NCBI GenBank assembly: GCA_030587475.2
Contig: JAUQYZ020000140.1
Coordinates: forward strand, 1-15,955
From: Candidatus Sigynarchaeum calidifontis
Lineage (GTDB): Archaea > Asgardarchaeota > Lokiarchaeia > Sigyniarchaeales > Sigyniarchaeaceae
Length of the DNA stretch: 15,955 bases
Direction of reading: 5' to 3'
Shown here: positions 1-8,488 of the stretch, piece after piece
Layout of the letters: each line of letters opens with the position of its first letter
How positions within the stretch are numbered: the first letter of the stretch is position 1
Notes under the pieces: generated by a model
What the model saw: the letters and a program-made list of their open reading frames with translations, nothing else
Database searches by the model: none
Told to the model about the DNA's origin: nothing
Position numbers and translations under genes: made by a program

Positions 1-667
1 GAAGATCCTTATAAAACGCCCAATCCGCCTCGATTGCCGATCGACATGCGACACCCGCCAGAACGCTGCTGCAACAATCGATGGTGACGCTCTTGAATTG
101 CGCGAGGTCGGCGGCGAGCTTTCGCCCAGATGCGGGGTCTCCCCCGGTCCGGGTCAAAGAATCGAGTAGAAGTCCCCGGATGGCCAGCGGAGGCTCGAGG
201 ATCCAGCCTTGATAATCGGGCTCCGCGAGCGCGACAAGCCACCCGCCGTCCCGAAGCACCCGGCGGGCTTCCTTGAGTATCGCCGCTCGCTTCTGGAGCT
301 GGTTCCACATGAGAAAATAGTGGCAGAACACGACATCGAACGAACCATCGGGGAAGGGCAATTGTTGTGCATCCACGTGCTTTAATTCTATGTTTTTAGA
401 GAGTTGATCGAGAACGGCGCGTGCTCTTTCCAGGAATGCTTGATTGTTGTCGATACCGACCAGGTGGGCTATTTTTCCGGATTCCAACCGGGGGATGACG
501 AACCGACGGGCGATCTCCTCGAGCAGTGCACCCGTACCGCAACCTAGCTCTAGGAAAGACGAGCGTCCTGCAAAATCCAGCTTCCGGTACACGAAATCGC
601 GGGTAGAACTCGTCCATTCAAGCTGCTGCTTGAAACGGGCGTGCCAGAGGCTCGTTGGCGCGTGCAC
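1..667 (-). CDS. Class I SAM-dependent methyltransferase (Methyltransf_11-like), 3'-truncated by the window edge
   Basis: Manual translation (absent from the ORF track because there is no stop in the window): GTG at 667, (M)HAPTSLWHARFKQQLEWT...FLELGCGTG (motif I)...LVGIDNN...HVDAQQLPFPDGSFDVVFCHYFLMW...EARRVLRDGG...EPDY. The frame is open to base 2. The start codon is inferred. Confidence 0.92.
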   Translation of the reverse strand, partial: MHAPTSLWHARFKQQLEWTSSTRDFVYRKLDFAGRSSFLELGCGTGALLEEIARRFVIPRLESGKIAHLVGIDNNQAFLERARAVLDQLSKNIELKHVDAQQLPFPDGSFDVVFCHYFLMWNQLQKRAAILKEARRVLRDGGWLVALAEPDYQGWILEPPLAIRGLLLDSLTRTGGDPASGRKLAADLAQFKSVTIDCCSSVLAGVACRSAIEADWAFYKDL

Positions 668-716
668 GCGTGACCACGCTCGGTTTATACCGCGTCTCTC
701 GGTGGCGAACTGGATA

Positions 717-723
717 CAAAAAA
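717..723 (-). terminator. Putative archaeal oligo-T terminator downstream of the radical SAM gene
   Basis: T7 run on the minus strand about 25 nt after the TGA at 747-749. Confidence 0.4.
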
Positions 724-746
724 GGAACCAAGACGAGCGAATGTTC

Positions 747-2150
747 TCAGTCGTTCGATCTGCAAATCGTGCCTTGATGCTCCACGTAAAGCGGGCAGCC
801 ACCGCCACAAGTGTCGAGCTGGTCGCACGATCTGCATTTTTCTTGCACGTTGTCCCGGTTACGTATGCGCTTGGCGAGCCGGTGGTTCCATATCTTGCCC
901 CACGAGTCCTTGAGAATGTTCCCGAGCGGCTCGAAATAGGACTGGCAAGGGAGCACGTCGCCATTGGGCTCTATTGCCATGGAAATGTCGGCAGCCGAAC
1001 AGCGCTTCGGGCCGAGGCCGTGGATGACGGGGTTGTACTCGCAATACTGCGTCGGGGAATACCAGATGAACTTGAAACCGTGCTCGCGGGCCTTTGCCAT
1101 GATGCGATCGAGCAACGGCTCCAGCTCGGCCTCGGGAATGCCGTTGCCAACCTCCTTGCCCTTGCCTGAATAGATGATGCCGTTACACGCGAACGTTCCC
1201 TCGAGGCCGATCTCGGCGAGGAAATCGATGGTCTTCTCGATCGTCGGCGCATTGAGCGCGCAGAGCGTCGTGTTGGTTATCGTGTAGACATCAGTAGCAA
1301 TCGCGTTTTTCAAGCCTTGAACGGTCTGCGCCCAGGTGTCGGCACCAACCATTTTGTTGTGAATCGCGGGATCGTGACTCTCGAGCGTGATTTGTATGTA
1401 ATCCAAGCCCGCATTGACAAGCTTCATGAGAAAATCGTTATCGGCGAGCTTGATACCGTTCGTCACGAGCCCGCAGATGATGTTGTTGTCTTGCGTGCAC
1501 TGGATGATGTCAGCCAGGTCGTCGCGCAAGGTCGCCTCGCCGCCCGTGAGGGTGACGTGCGGGACGCCTATGTCTCGCAGCTTCTGGATGACCCGCTTCC
1601 ATGAGTCCGTGTTCATCTCCGGGAAGCTTTTCCCGCGAGCCACGTAGCAATGGCCACAAGCATTGTTGCAACGGTAGGTCAATGCAAGATCCACCCGAGC
1701 GGGAGCACCCCGGCTCTTCATCGCGACCTCCGGCGTCACGCCTTGGAACACGACGGGGCATACATCACGCTGGTGGATGATCGTGTCAATGGTGGACTTG
1801 ATGTTGGCGTAGTCCTGGAGCACCTCGTCGGGTGGCACCTCGTACTTCGATGCCATGAAGCGGCCCACCTCATCGTCCGGTACCTTCTCGATGAACAAGC
1901 GGACGAGATCCGCCGCGGTCTGGTTGAGGTAGATCACCTTCTCGCCGTTGATGCTCAGCGTGCCTTGCCCGTCCGGGCTGATCCGGAGATGATACTTGAT
2001 GTTTCCGAGTTCCTTGTCCTCCACGAGTGCCGCATGGACGGTCGCTTCGCTATGACCTATGATGTTTTTCGGATTGAGGCCCGCGATGAATCCCGACATC
2101 TTTTTCTTGATTTTTTCCATGGTGCTCGCCAGCGCGTTGACGCAATACAT
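747..2150 (-). CDS. Radical SAM/SPASM protein with N-terminal PqqD-like (RRE) domain
   Basis: CxxxCxxC (CNNACGHC) and TGGEATLRDD. SPASM cysteines: CSAADISMAIEPNGDVLPC...CRSCDQLDTCGGGC. The N-terminal beta-beta-beta/helix segment YLNQTAADLVRLF...ASKYEVPPDEVLQDY resembles PqqD. The true start may be ATG 2120. Confidence 0.93.
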   Translation of the reverse strand: MYCVNALASTMEKIKKKMSGFIAGLNPKNIIGHSEATVHAALVEDKELGNIKYHLRISPDGQGTLSINGEKVIYLNQTAADLVRLFIEKVPDDEVGRFMASKYEVPPDEVLQDYANIKSTIDTIIHQRDVCPVVFQGVTPEVAMKSRGAPARVDLALTYRCNNACGHCYVARGKSFPEMNTDSWKRVIQKLRDIGVPHVTLTGGEATLRDDLADIIQCTQDNNIICGLVTNGIKLADNDFLMKLVNAGLDYIQITLESHDPAIHNKMVGADTWAQTVQGLKNAIATDVYTITNTTLCALNAPTIEKTIDFLAEIGLEGTFACNGIIYSGKGKEVGNGIPEAELEPLLDRIMAKAREHGFKFIWYSPTQYCEYNPVIHGLGPKRCSAADISMAIEPNGDVLPCQSYFEPLGNILKDSWGKIWNHRLAKRIRNRDNVQEKCRSCDQLDTCGGGCPLYVEHQGTICRSND

Positions 2151-2266
2151 CCATTCACGCGAGTGATAAAATACCTTTTGGATGCCCCGAACGAACCCAC
2201 GCGTGTTCGGATGGTGAATGGCTATAACCGTGAAAATATAGAAAAAATATTTCGAATCAGGGAAGT

Positions 2267-3089
2267 TTAACCCTCTTGCTGAGCAGTTCGCTGCTCTTGC
2301 TTCTTGCCGGGCTGGTTCCGGATCATGTTCACGCCAGTTGCCGCGGCCAAGCTACTAGCGAATCCCTCCAAGCCCGACGGGATGAGGATCATGAGGCTGT
2401 TTTGCTCGGCGCCGATCTCTTGCCACGTTTGTAGCTCCCGCAGCCGCAAAGCATTGGGTGTCTGCGAAATGATAGAAGCGGCCTCGGCAAACTTCTTGCT
2501 CGCCTCTACCTCGGCCTCTGCCTTGAGCTGGCGGGCGCGCTTCTCCCGGATGGCCTCGGCTTCCTTGGCCATGGCCCGCTTCATATTGGGCGGGACCTCG
2601 ACGTTCTTGATTTCCACGGCAGAGATGTTCACGCCCCAGGCATCGGTCGGGGCCTGGATGTCGTTGAGAATCGTGGCCCCGAGTTCTTTCTTGTTCACGA
2701 GCAAGTCATCGAGGGTTCGCTTGCCAATCACGTCTCGCAAGGCAGATTGAGCGAGCAGCGTTGCCGCGTATTCGAAATCCTTCACGTTGAGCTTCGCTTT
2801 CATCGTGTCGAAGACCTTGTAATAGACGACCGCGTCGACGGTAACCGTCGCGCTGTCCTTCGTTATGACTTCTTGTGGCCGCACGTCCATCGTTCTTATG
2901 CGCGTGTCGATTTTAACGAGTTGGGTGATTCCTGGGACGATCCTCGTCAAGCCATGTTGGCGCTTGCCGCGGTATTTTCCTAGCAAGAAAACAAGCCCCT
3001 CTTCCCACTGGGCGATCATGCGAAAGGCCGGACAAGAACCAGATAAACCCGATGAATAAAGCTATGCCGATGATAATGTACATGATCAT
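2267..3089 (-). CDS. SPFH/Band-7 stomatin (slipin) family protein with a +1 frameshift at ~3023-3026
   Basis: SPFH motifs QEVITKDSATVTVDAVVYY, AQSALRDVIG, WGVNISAVEIKNV, AMAKEAEAIRE, ALRLRELQT. GAGGTG SD plus ATG at 3089 encodes a TM anchor MIMYIIIGIALFIGFIWFLSGL. It joins RMIAQWEEG only if one base of GGC-CTT-T-CGC is skipped, giving 273 aa. Confidence 0.9.
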
Positions 3090-3144
3090 GGAATTACACC
3101 TCGTCGGGATACAAAATTCCCAAGCAATTCATGAAAGAATGAGA

Positions 3145-3172
3145 ATATAAAGCCTCGATCCCGGTTTTATAC
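3145..3172. promoter_or_regulatory. Back-to-back TATA-like boxes of a divergent promoter
   Basis: CTTTATAT on the minus strand (3145-3152, towards SPFH) and TTTTATAC on the plus strand (3165-3172, towards the large surface protein), in a ~120-bp divergent gap. Confidence 0.4.
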
Positions 3173-3210
3173 GTGCGCGTAATCATCAAATCTTCGACCA
3201 GACCGTGTTG

Positions 3211-6200
3211 ATGCCTTTCATGAAAAACCGAACCTTCACGCTCGTTTACATCGCATTCTTCGCTCTTCTTCTTACTGCTACGCCAGGGACCAATTTTCTT
3301 TTGGATTCGGGGATCGCCACCTCGGCAGGGGGTGATAAGAACATCAACTGGGACCCTTCCATAGCTCGCTCTTTCATCACGACCCGTATCGAAAAACAAG
3401 CGAGCCAAGCGAGTGATCTGGACAATTTCGACATTGAAACGCCATCGTACGTGGAATACACGAACATGACCTTGGAAAACATCGAGATCAAGCCGTTCAT
3501 TCATGATTATGAATCGGACATAACAACATCGCAAATGGCGAATGGCTTTTGGGTGACTGAATTTTATCAAGAGATCAAGGTCCCGACGAGTTGTTATATC
3601 CCTTGGATCGCGATCCAAACACAATTCGGGAACGTGGGAAGCAATGCTGACAACTGGACGATCTCCTTGTACTCCTCGATCCAGGAATCACCCTCGCCAC
3701 TGGCTAAACCAGACAAAGAAATTGCTGGAACGGCCGTTACCATGAATCCTGGCGACAACCGGTTCCCGTACAACAACGTGAATTATAACAAGCTGCACTG
3801 GGAAAACATCACGATGCCAAACGTTCTCCTCGACGTGTCAAACGCCTACTCGCCAGACGGGATTTCGTTTTCCTTTTTCGTTTGTGCGAGGATTCCAGCG
3901 CTGAGCGGCGCCCATCATCACTGGTATTGCAAGAACGACACCGAGACCGGGAGCACGGATGACGCGGGGAGGGCGTTTCAATATGTTTATGTCCCCCTCG
4001 TCGGGGCATTGTCTGAGTTGCCGGGGATCGATTTCACGCTCGTTGCCAAGCTCGTGCCTGCCAATGCACATCCAAACCCGTCGGATATCGCATTAAAGGT
4101 GAATGGTGAGCCAGTGATTGACACGGGTGCTGCCAAGGGCATTTATATCACGAACGAGCGATTCACCGCGGTGAACGGGAAGGTATCATACGCGATCTCG
4201 AGCAGGTGGAGCAATTTCGGGCCCGGATCCTTGCGCTATGACCTATCGGCCGATTGCATCCAAGGCACAGAGGTATATCCGAGCCTCAAGGCCGTTGTAC
4301 AAGATGCTGGAAGCCTCGTAAACTGGACATTGGATTACAACATCAGCTTCGTTCAAACCTCAGGGTTCAAGACCGCGAACTTGACCGCGTTTTTGCCACT
4401 AAGCTGGAATAGTATCATTTTCTTTAATGTATCGGGCGGATCTCCATCATTTTGGCCATCTATGACCGATATTACACCCACGGGAAAAACGCGTGAGTTC
4501 TTGGCAACGGGCATAGAGCCGGGCAAGTGGAGGATCTGCGGGGTTTCCAACCAACTCGCCGGGAGCGCCTCGTTGAACCTTGCTGGAGGCTCGATCAACT
4601 TGGATGCAGTCCTTTCCGGGAACATTTCGGTACCGAACGGGCCGAATGGAAGGACGACATCCCTAAGATCGGATTACGAGGGAGGTATACGCTCGTTCAC
4701 GGCATTGGCATCAGTCGCCAACGACACTTTCATGAAGCGGTTGTTATTGCTCGATAACAAGTCGATCCAATTCTCGAGCTCGTCAACCAACAATTTCTGG
4801 TCGTTGTTGTCCATGCTCAAACCGGAATTGCAAGACGACGTGATCGAGCTCGGCGTTGCAAACGAGATGGAGCTGTTCATCGATCCTACAGAGGGATTTC
4901 GCGCGGAAAACGTGCAAGATATCGAGATATTGCTAGATCACGAGCCATTCTGCAAAAATTTCTGGTTGATGAATGTTTCCGCGCTGGCCATGCAAGGGAA
5001 CACGCATTGGAACCAGGGCGGGGTGCCACTAAAAAATTACTTTTGGTTTGGACTGGGGTTCCTCGGCACGATCAACGTGAACTTCACATACGACAACGTG
5101 GGCAAGCATTACAGTGACTTCTACATGAACTTCACCGCGCGAATCCGCAGCAACATGACAAACGAGATAACCCGTGATCTCGTGAAAAACATATACCTCG
5201 ATATCAAGACCGATTTCCCGTTCGACACGACAACCCACGCGTTGTATATCAAGAACCAGAAGAGCGGGTCTTTTGTCAGGATGAACTCGACCTGGACCGA
5301 AAAAAACGCGCAAAACCAATCCCACGCCGTCTGGAATAGCACGGCCGAATTCGGATCCATGGACATCATTGATTTCATCAACCCGACGCGGAACACGGTC
5401 GAGACGTTCTTGCGCGTGACGAACACGACGACCTTGGGGTCAACAGCTCCAAGTAGCCACGTGGTTTACATGGTGGGCAGTTTCGAGTACGAAAATCCTT
5501 TCCAAAACCTCACCATGGTCCTTTATAATTGGACGAAACAAGCCTTTGATAAGCAGATCCTTTTTTCGGGTTTCACCCCTGCCAAAATTGCCACGCGATT
5601 CGATCTCGGGGGGTCGCTTCCAACAATATCGTCGTATTTCAATGCAAACACGAGCTCGGTTCGAATCACCATGCGGGGCTCGGCCATCGTGCCGCTGCTG
5701 AATAGCTTCAAGTGGGCAATCGACAGGGCGATGCTCAACGTCACTTACATCGATTTCGTTCGCGCCACGTGGCGCCAAACCGTGTACAAAGAGGACGGGG
5801 CCGCGGTGATGAATCAAGTGAACACCACGCTGTTTGATTCGCCAAGCAACAACTTCACGACGAACATCAAGGTCAACAAGTTCCTCGATTTTTGCGACAA
5901 TTACACCTACGAGATGTTCTGGCACAACGGGACCGACATCATGGAGGTCGAGGTTCCCTTCCAGGTGAACCGCACGTCGATTGGCCTCCGCATCATGACC
6001 ACGCTCGATGGCTCGCCGTTCCGTGCGGGGGATCTGCTCGATCTCAACGCCCGACTTTGGTACGTGGAAAACGAGACGAGTATTACTGGCAAGACCATCC
6101 TGTTCTCGTTCTCGATCGAGTACCGGAGCGGCTTGCACGGGACGGAGGTCTTCGCCGCGGTCACGGACGAATCGGGCGTAGCCGCGTGTCATGTGAAACT

Positions 6201-7101
6201 GCCAGATAGCTGGCGAAACTTTTACGTGATTGCGCGCTTCGATTCGGACAATCCCCGGCTACGCGATGCCGTCACGAATCCTACTACGAAATCTGACGTG
6301 CTAGACCTCGGCGAATACGTATTACACGTCATCACCCAGAATGCCCTTACCATCTCGATATTGGCAGCGCTCATCCTCACGATGGCTCTCGTCAAGCGCA
6401 AGCAAGACCAGAAGCGGCGCCGCGGGTGGATGATAGACGCGGGAAAGCTACGCGATGCAAGAAAGATACGAATGCTGATGGTCATCCACAAGGACAGTGG
6501 CGGCTGCATCTTTCAAAGGGCCTACACCCAACAAAGCCTCGATGGCGACTTGATCTCTGGATTTTTAACAGCGATCACCGACTTTAGCAAGGAAATCGGC
6601 CCGCGGGGAGGCGATGCACTGAAGGAAACCGATGCGATGTATTTCGATTATCAAAATTTCAAGATCCTCATTGCAAATGGAAATTTCTGCAGAGGAGCGA
6701 TCATCCTCGATGGTGAACCCACGGAGAACTTGAAGGCCAACTTGAAATACTTTATCCGCACGTTCGAGCAAAAATATAACATGGAGAATTGGCGCGGGAA
6801 CGTGGCCATGTTCTCCGACGCTGACGAGCTCGTCGAGGCTGCGTTCGAGGTCTCGCTCTTGCAGGCCCTCGTCGCCAAGAAAATGACGAGGCAAGAAGCC
6901 GAAAAATCCATCCCTTCTGGTTTAGGAAAAGCCCTCTTCCAGGTCGCTACATCCATCTCGGCGGAACAAGGTTACTTCGCGCTGTCCACGCTGGCCATGT
7001 ATGCCCCCACCAGCAAGAAAATATCGAAGGATCAAGTACTCGCCGAGATCTATCGCCTCAAGCGACGCGGGCTCATCGTACCATACCGATATTACACTTG
7101 A
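3211..7101 (+). CDS. Large single-pass membrane glycoprotein: sequon-rich ectodomain, Ig-like juxtamembrane domain, cytoplasmic longin-like plus winged-helix-like domains
   Basis: Signal or anchor MKNRTFTLVYIAFFALLLTA; about 29 N-X-S/T sequons in the ectodomain (manual count); Ig-like AVTDESGVA; TM ALTISILAALILTMALV followed by KRKQDQKRRR; longin-like IRMLMVIHKDSGGCIFQRAY...DGDLISGFLTAITDFSKEI; C-terminal QVLAEIYRLKRRGLIVPY. Start could be 3205, 3211 or 3220. Confidence 0.88.
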   Translation: MPFMKNRTFTLVYIAFFALLLTATPGTNFLLDSGIATSAGGDKNINWDPSIARSFITTRIEKQASQASDLDNFDIETPSYVEYTNMTLENIEIKPFIHDYESDITTSQMANGFWVTEFYQEIKVPTSCYIPWIAIQTQFGNVGSNADNWTISLYSSIQESPSPLAKPDKEIAGTAVTMNPGDNRFPYNNVNYNKLHWENITMPNVLLDVSNAYSPDGISFSFFVCARIPALSGAHHHWYCKNDTETGSTDDAGRAFQYVYVPLVGALSELPGIDFTLVAKLVPANAHPNPSDIALKVNGEPVIDTGAAKGIYITNERFTAVNGKVSYAISSRWSNFGPGSLRYDLSADCIQGTEVYPSLKAVVQDAGSLVNWTLDYNISFVQTSGFKTANLTAFLPLSWNSIIFFNVSGGSPSFWPSMTDITPTGKTREFLATGIEPGKWRICGVSNQLAGSASLNLAGGSINLDAVLSGNISVPNGPNGRTTSLRSDYEGGIRSFTALASVANDTFMKRLLLLDNKSIQFSSSSTNNFWSLLSMLKPELQDDVIELGVANEMELFIDPTEGFRAENVQDIEILLDHEPFCKNFWLMNVSALAMQGNTHWNQGGVPLKNYFWFGLGFLGTINVNFTYDNVGKHYSDFYMNFTARIRSNMTNEITRDLVKNIYLDIKTDFPFDTTTHALYIKNQKSGSFVRMNSTWTEKNAQNQSHAVWNSTAEFGSMDIIDFINPTRNTVETFLRVTNTTTLGSTAPSSHVVYMVGSFEYENPFQNLTMVLYNWTKQAFDKQILFSGFTPAKIATRFDLGGSLPTISSYFNANTSSVRITMRGSAIVPLLNSFKWAIDRAMLNVTYIDFVRATWRQTVYKEDGAAVMNQVNTTLFDSPSNNFTTNIKVNKFLDFCDNYTYEMFWHNGTDIMEVEVPFQVNRTSIGLRIMTTLDGSPFRAGDLLDLNARLWYVENETSITGKTILFSFSIEYRSGLHGTEVFAAVTDESGVAACHVKLPDSWRNFYVIARFDSDNPRLRDAVTNPTTKSDVLDLGEYVLHVITQNALTISILAALILTMALVKRKQDQKRRRGWMIDAGKLRDARKIRMLMVIHKDSGGCIFQRAYTQQSLDGDLISGFLTAITDFSKEIGPRGGDALKETDAMYFDYQNFKILIANGNFCRGAIILDGEPTENLKANLKYFIRTFEQKYNMENWRGNVAMFSDADELVEAAFEVSLLQALVAKKMTRQEAEKSIPSGLGKALFQVATSISAEQGYFALSTLAMYAPTSKKISKDQVLAEIYRLKRRGLIVPYRYYT

Positions 7102-7111
7102 AATGAATTAA

Positions 7112-7172
7112 TTCTTTTTTCTCATTCTTCTTCGGGGTGTTGCTCTATATACCGAACAAGAGCGGAAAAAAA
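7112..7172. terminator. Convergent oligo-T terminators
   Basis: T6 at 7115-7120 on the plus strand after the 7101 stop. T7 on the minus strand (A7 at 7166-7172) after the oxidoreductase stop. Confidence 0.45.
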
Positions 7173-7180
7173 GATGATGG

Positions 7181-8488
7181 TTAGAGATCTGCACGCAAGG
7201 GCTTCAATAACCGCTGGACCATCTCGTCGATGAGCACGTCCCGCGCGGAGCCAACCTCCCTCTCCATCTTCTCGCACCATGCGCGCAGCTCGGCCATGCT
7301 AGCCTCCTCGCCGTTCTTGAACGCGTTGGAGTAGTACGCGAGGGAGATCATCGATTGGAGGTTGCTTGCCGTCTCCTCGTTGGCCACGGATGGCCCCGTC
7401 TGGTTCAACACGATGTCGGTGAAGTAAAGTACCTCGCGCTCGTGGGAATCCCGGTTGCCGTACTTGTCTATCTTGGGGTGTATGGTCTCGAGCAGCTTGC
7501 CCTTCTTGTCGTAGACCTCGACGACTTGCTCTCCCCCCTTAATCACGTTGGGGGACAGCACGCCGTCCGTGCCCTCTATCTTGCACAAGCCTTGTATGGG
7601 CATGCACCACGCGGTCTCGAGATTGAGCTTGAAGTCGTAACCTTTCGGATGCCTGAGTTTCACGATGAACTTCGCGTAATCTTCGAGTTCCAGGTTTTTC
7701 CACGAGTTCTCGCCGATGTATGTCGTCATCTTGCGGGTCGTGTTGCGTTTTTCCATTTTCTTGACGCGAACCGACTGGACCTCGATTTTCTCGTTGGGTT
7801 TCCCCTTGAGCCATCCTAGCGAAGCCATGGCCAGGCCGAGCGCGTGCACGCCCAAATCCTGGGTGCAGCCGCCCCCGTTCAGGAGCGGGGTGAAAAAATG
7901 GCTGTTCCAGCCCCACGAGGGCCCCGTGTGGCCGAGCTGTGCTGTAACGGAGCGTATGTCCCCGATCTTGCCCGCGCACAGTGCCTCTCCCATCGCGCTC
8001 CAAAGAGGACGGAAGAATTCATTTTCGTTGATCTGGTAGAGGCCCTTGGATTTCTTGGCCACTTCGATGAGTTTCTGGGTTTCCCACCACGACCGAGCGG
8101 GCGGTTTCTCGGACATTGCCGACTTGCCGTGTTCCAACGCGATCATGGAGTACGGGATGTGAAACTTGTTCGGCGTGCAGATATCGAGCGCATCCACCTC
8201 GTCGAGCACTTCCCAGATGTTGTCCGAGACGCCGCGCTCCTCGAGCGACGTGACCGCGTATTCCAGTCGATCGATCATCGCCGTGTTTTCGGGCTCGTCT
8301 TCCTTGTAATATTCAAGGGCGGGCTTCAAGTGGCTGTTTAACATTTCATCGAAGGATTTCTTTGCCCTCGATGGATACACGTCGATAAAAGCTACCGGAA
8401 CTGCATTCATGTTTTCAGGATATGCTAGGGAGTGTGATCCAAAGATACCGCCACCTCCCACGATGCCAACTCGCAAATATTTTACCAT
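7181..8488 (-). CDS. Gfo/Idh/MocA family NAD(P)-dependent oxidoreductase
   Basis: Rossmann start LRVGIVGGGGIF, ICTPNKFH, SEKP motif and GGGCTQDLGVH. ATG 8488 is preceded by GGTG and is preferred over TTG 8506. Confidence 0.93.
   Translation of the reverse strand: MVKYLRVGIVGGGGIFGSHSLAYPENMNAVPVAFIDVYPSRAKKSFDEMLNSHLKPALEYYKEDEPENTAMIDRLEYAVTSLEERGVSDNIWEVLDEVDALDICTPNKFHIPYSMIALEHGKSAMSEKPPARSWWETQKLIEVAKKSKGLYQINENEFFRPLWSAMGEALCAGKIGDIRSVTAQLGHTGPSWGWNSHFFTPLLNGGGCTQDLGVHALGLAMASLGWLKGKPNEKIEVQSVRVKKMEKRNTTRKMTTYIGENSWKNLELEDYAKFIVKLRHPKGYDFKLNLETAWCMPIQGLCKIEGTDGVLSPNVIKGGEQVVEVYDKKGKLLETIHPKIDKYGNRDSHEREVLYFTDIVLNQTGPSVANEETASNLQSMISLAYYSNAFKNGEEASMAELRAWCEKMEREVGSARDVLIDEMVQRLLKPLRADL

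Noticed and set aside
9-617. Short Cys/Ser-rich minus-strand ORFs as RiPP precursor candidates
   Set aside because: They are alternative frames inside the methyltransferase CDS.
444-2270. Long plus-strand ORFs (444-1169, 1650-2270) and similar ones elsewhere (e.g. 5440-6192, 9474-10052, 13625-14305)
   Set aside because: They are antisense shadows of well-supported genes with GC3-biased codons and carry no motifs.
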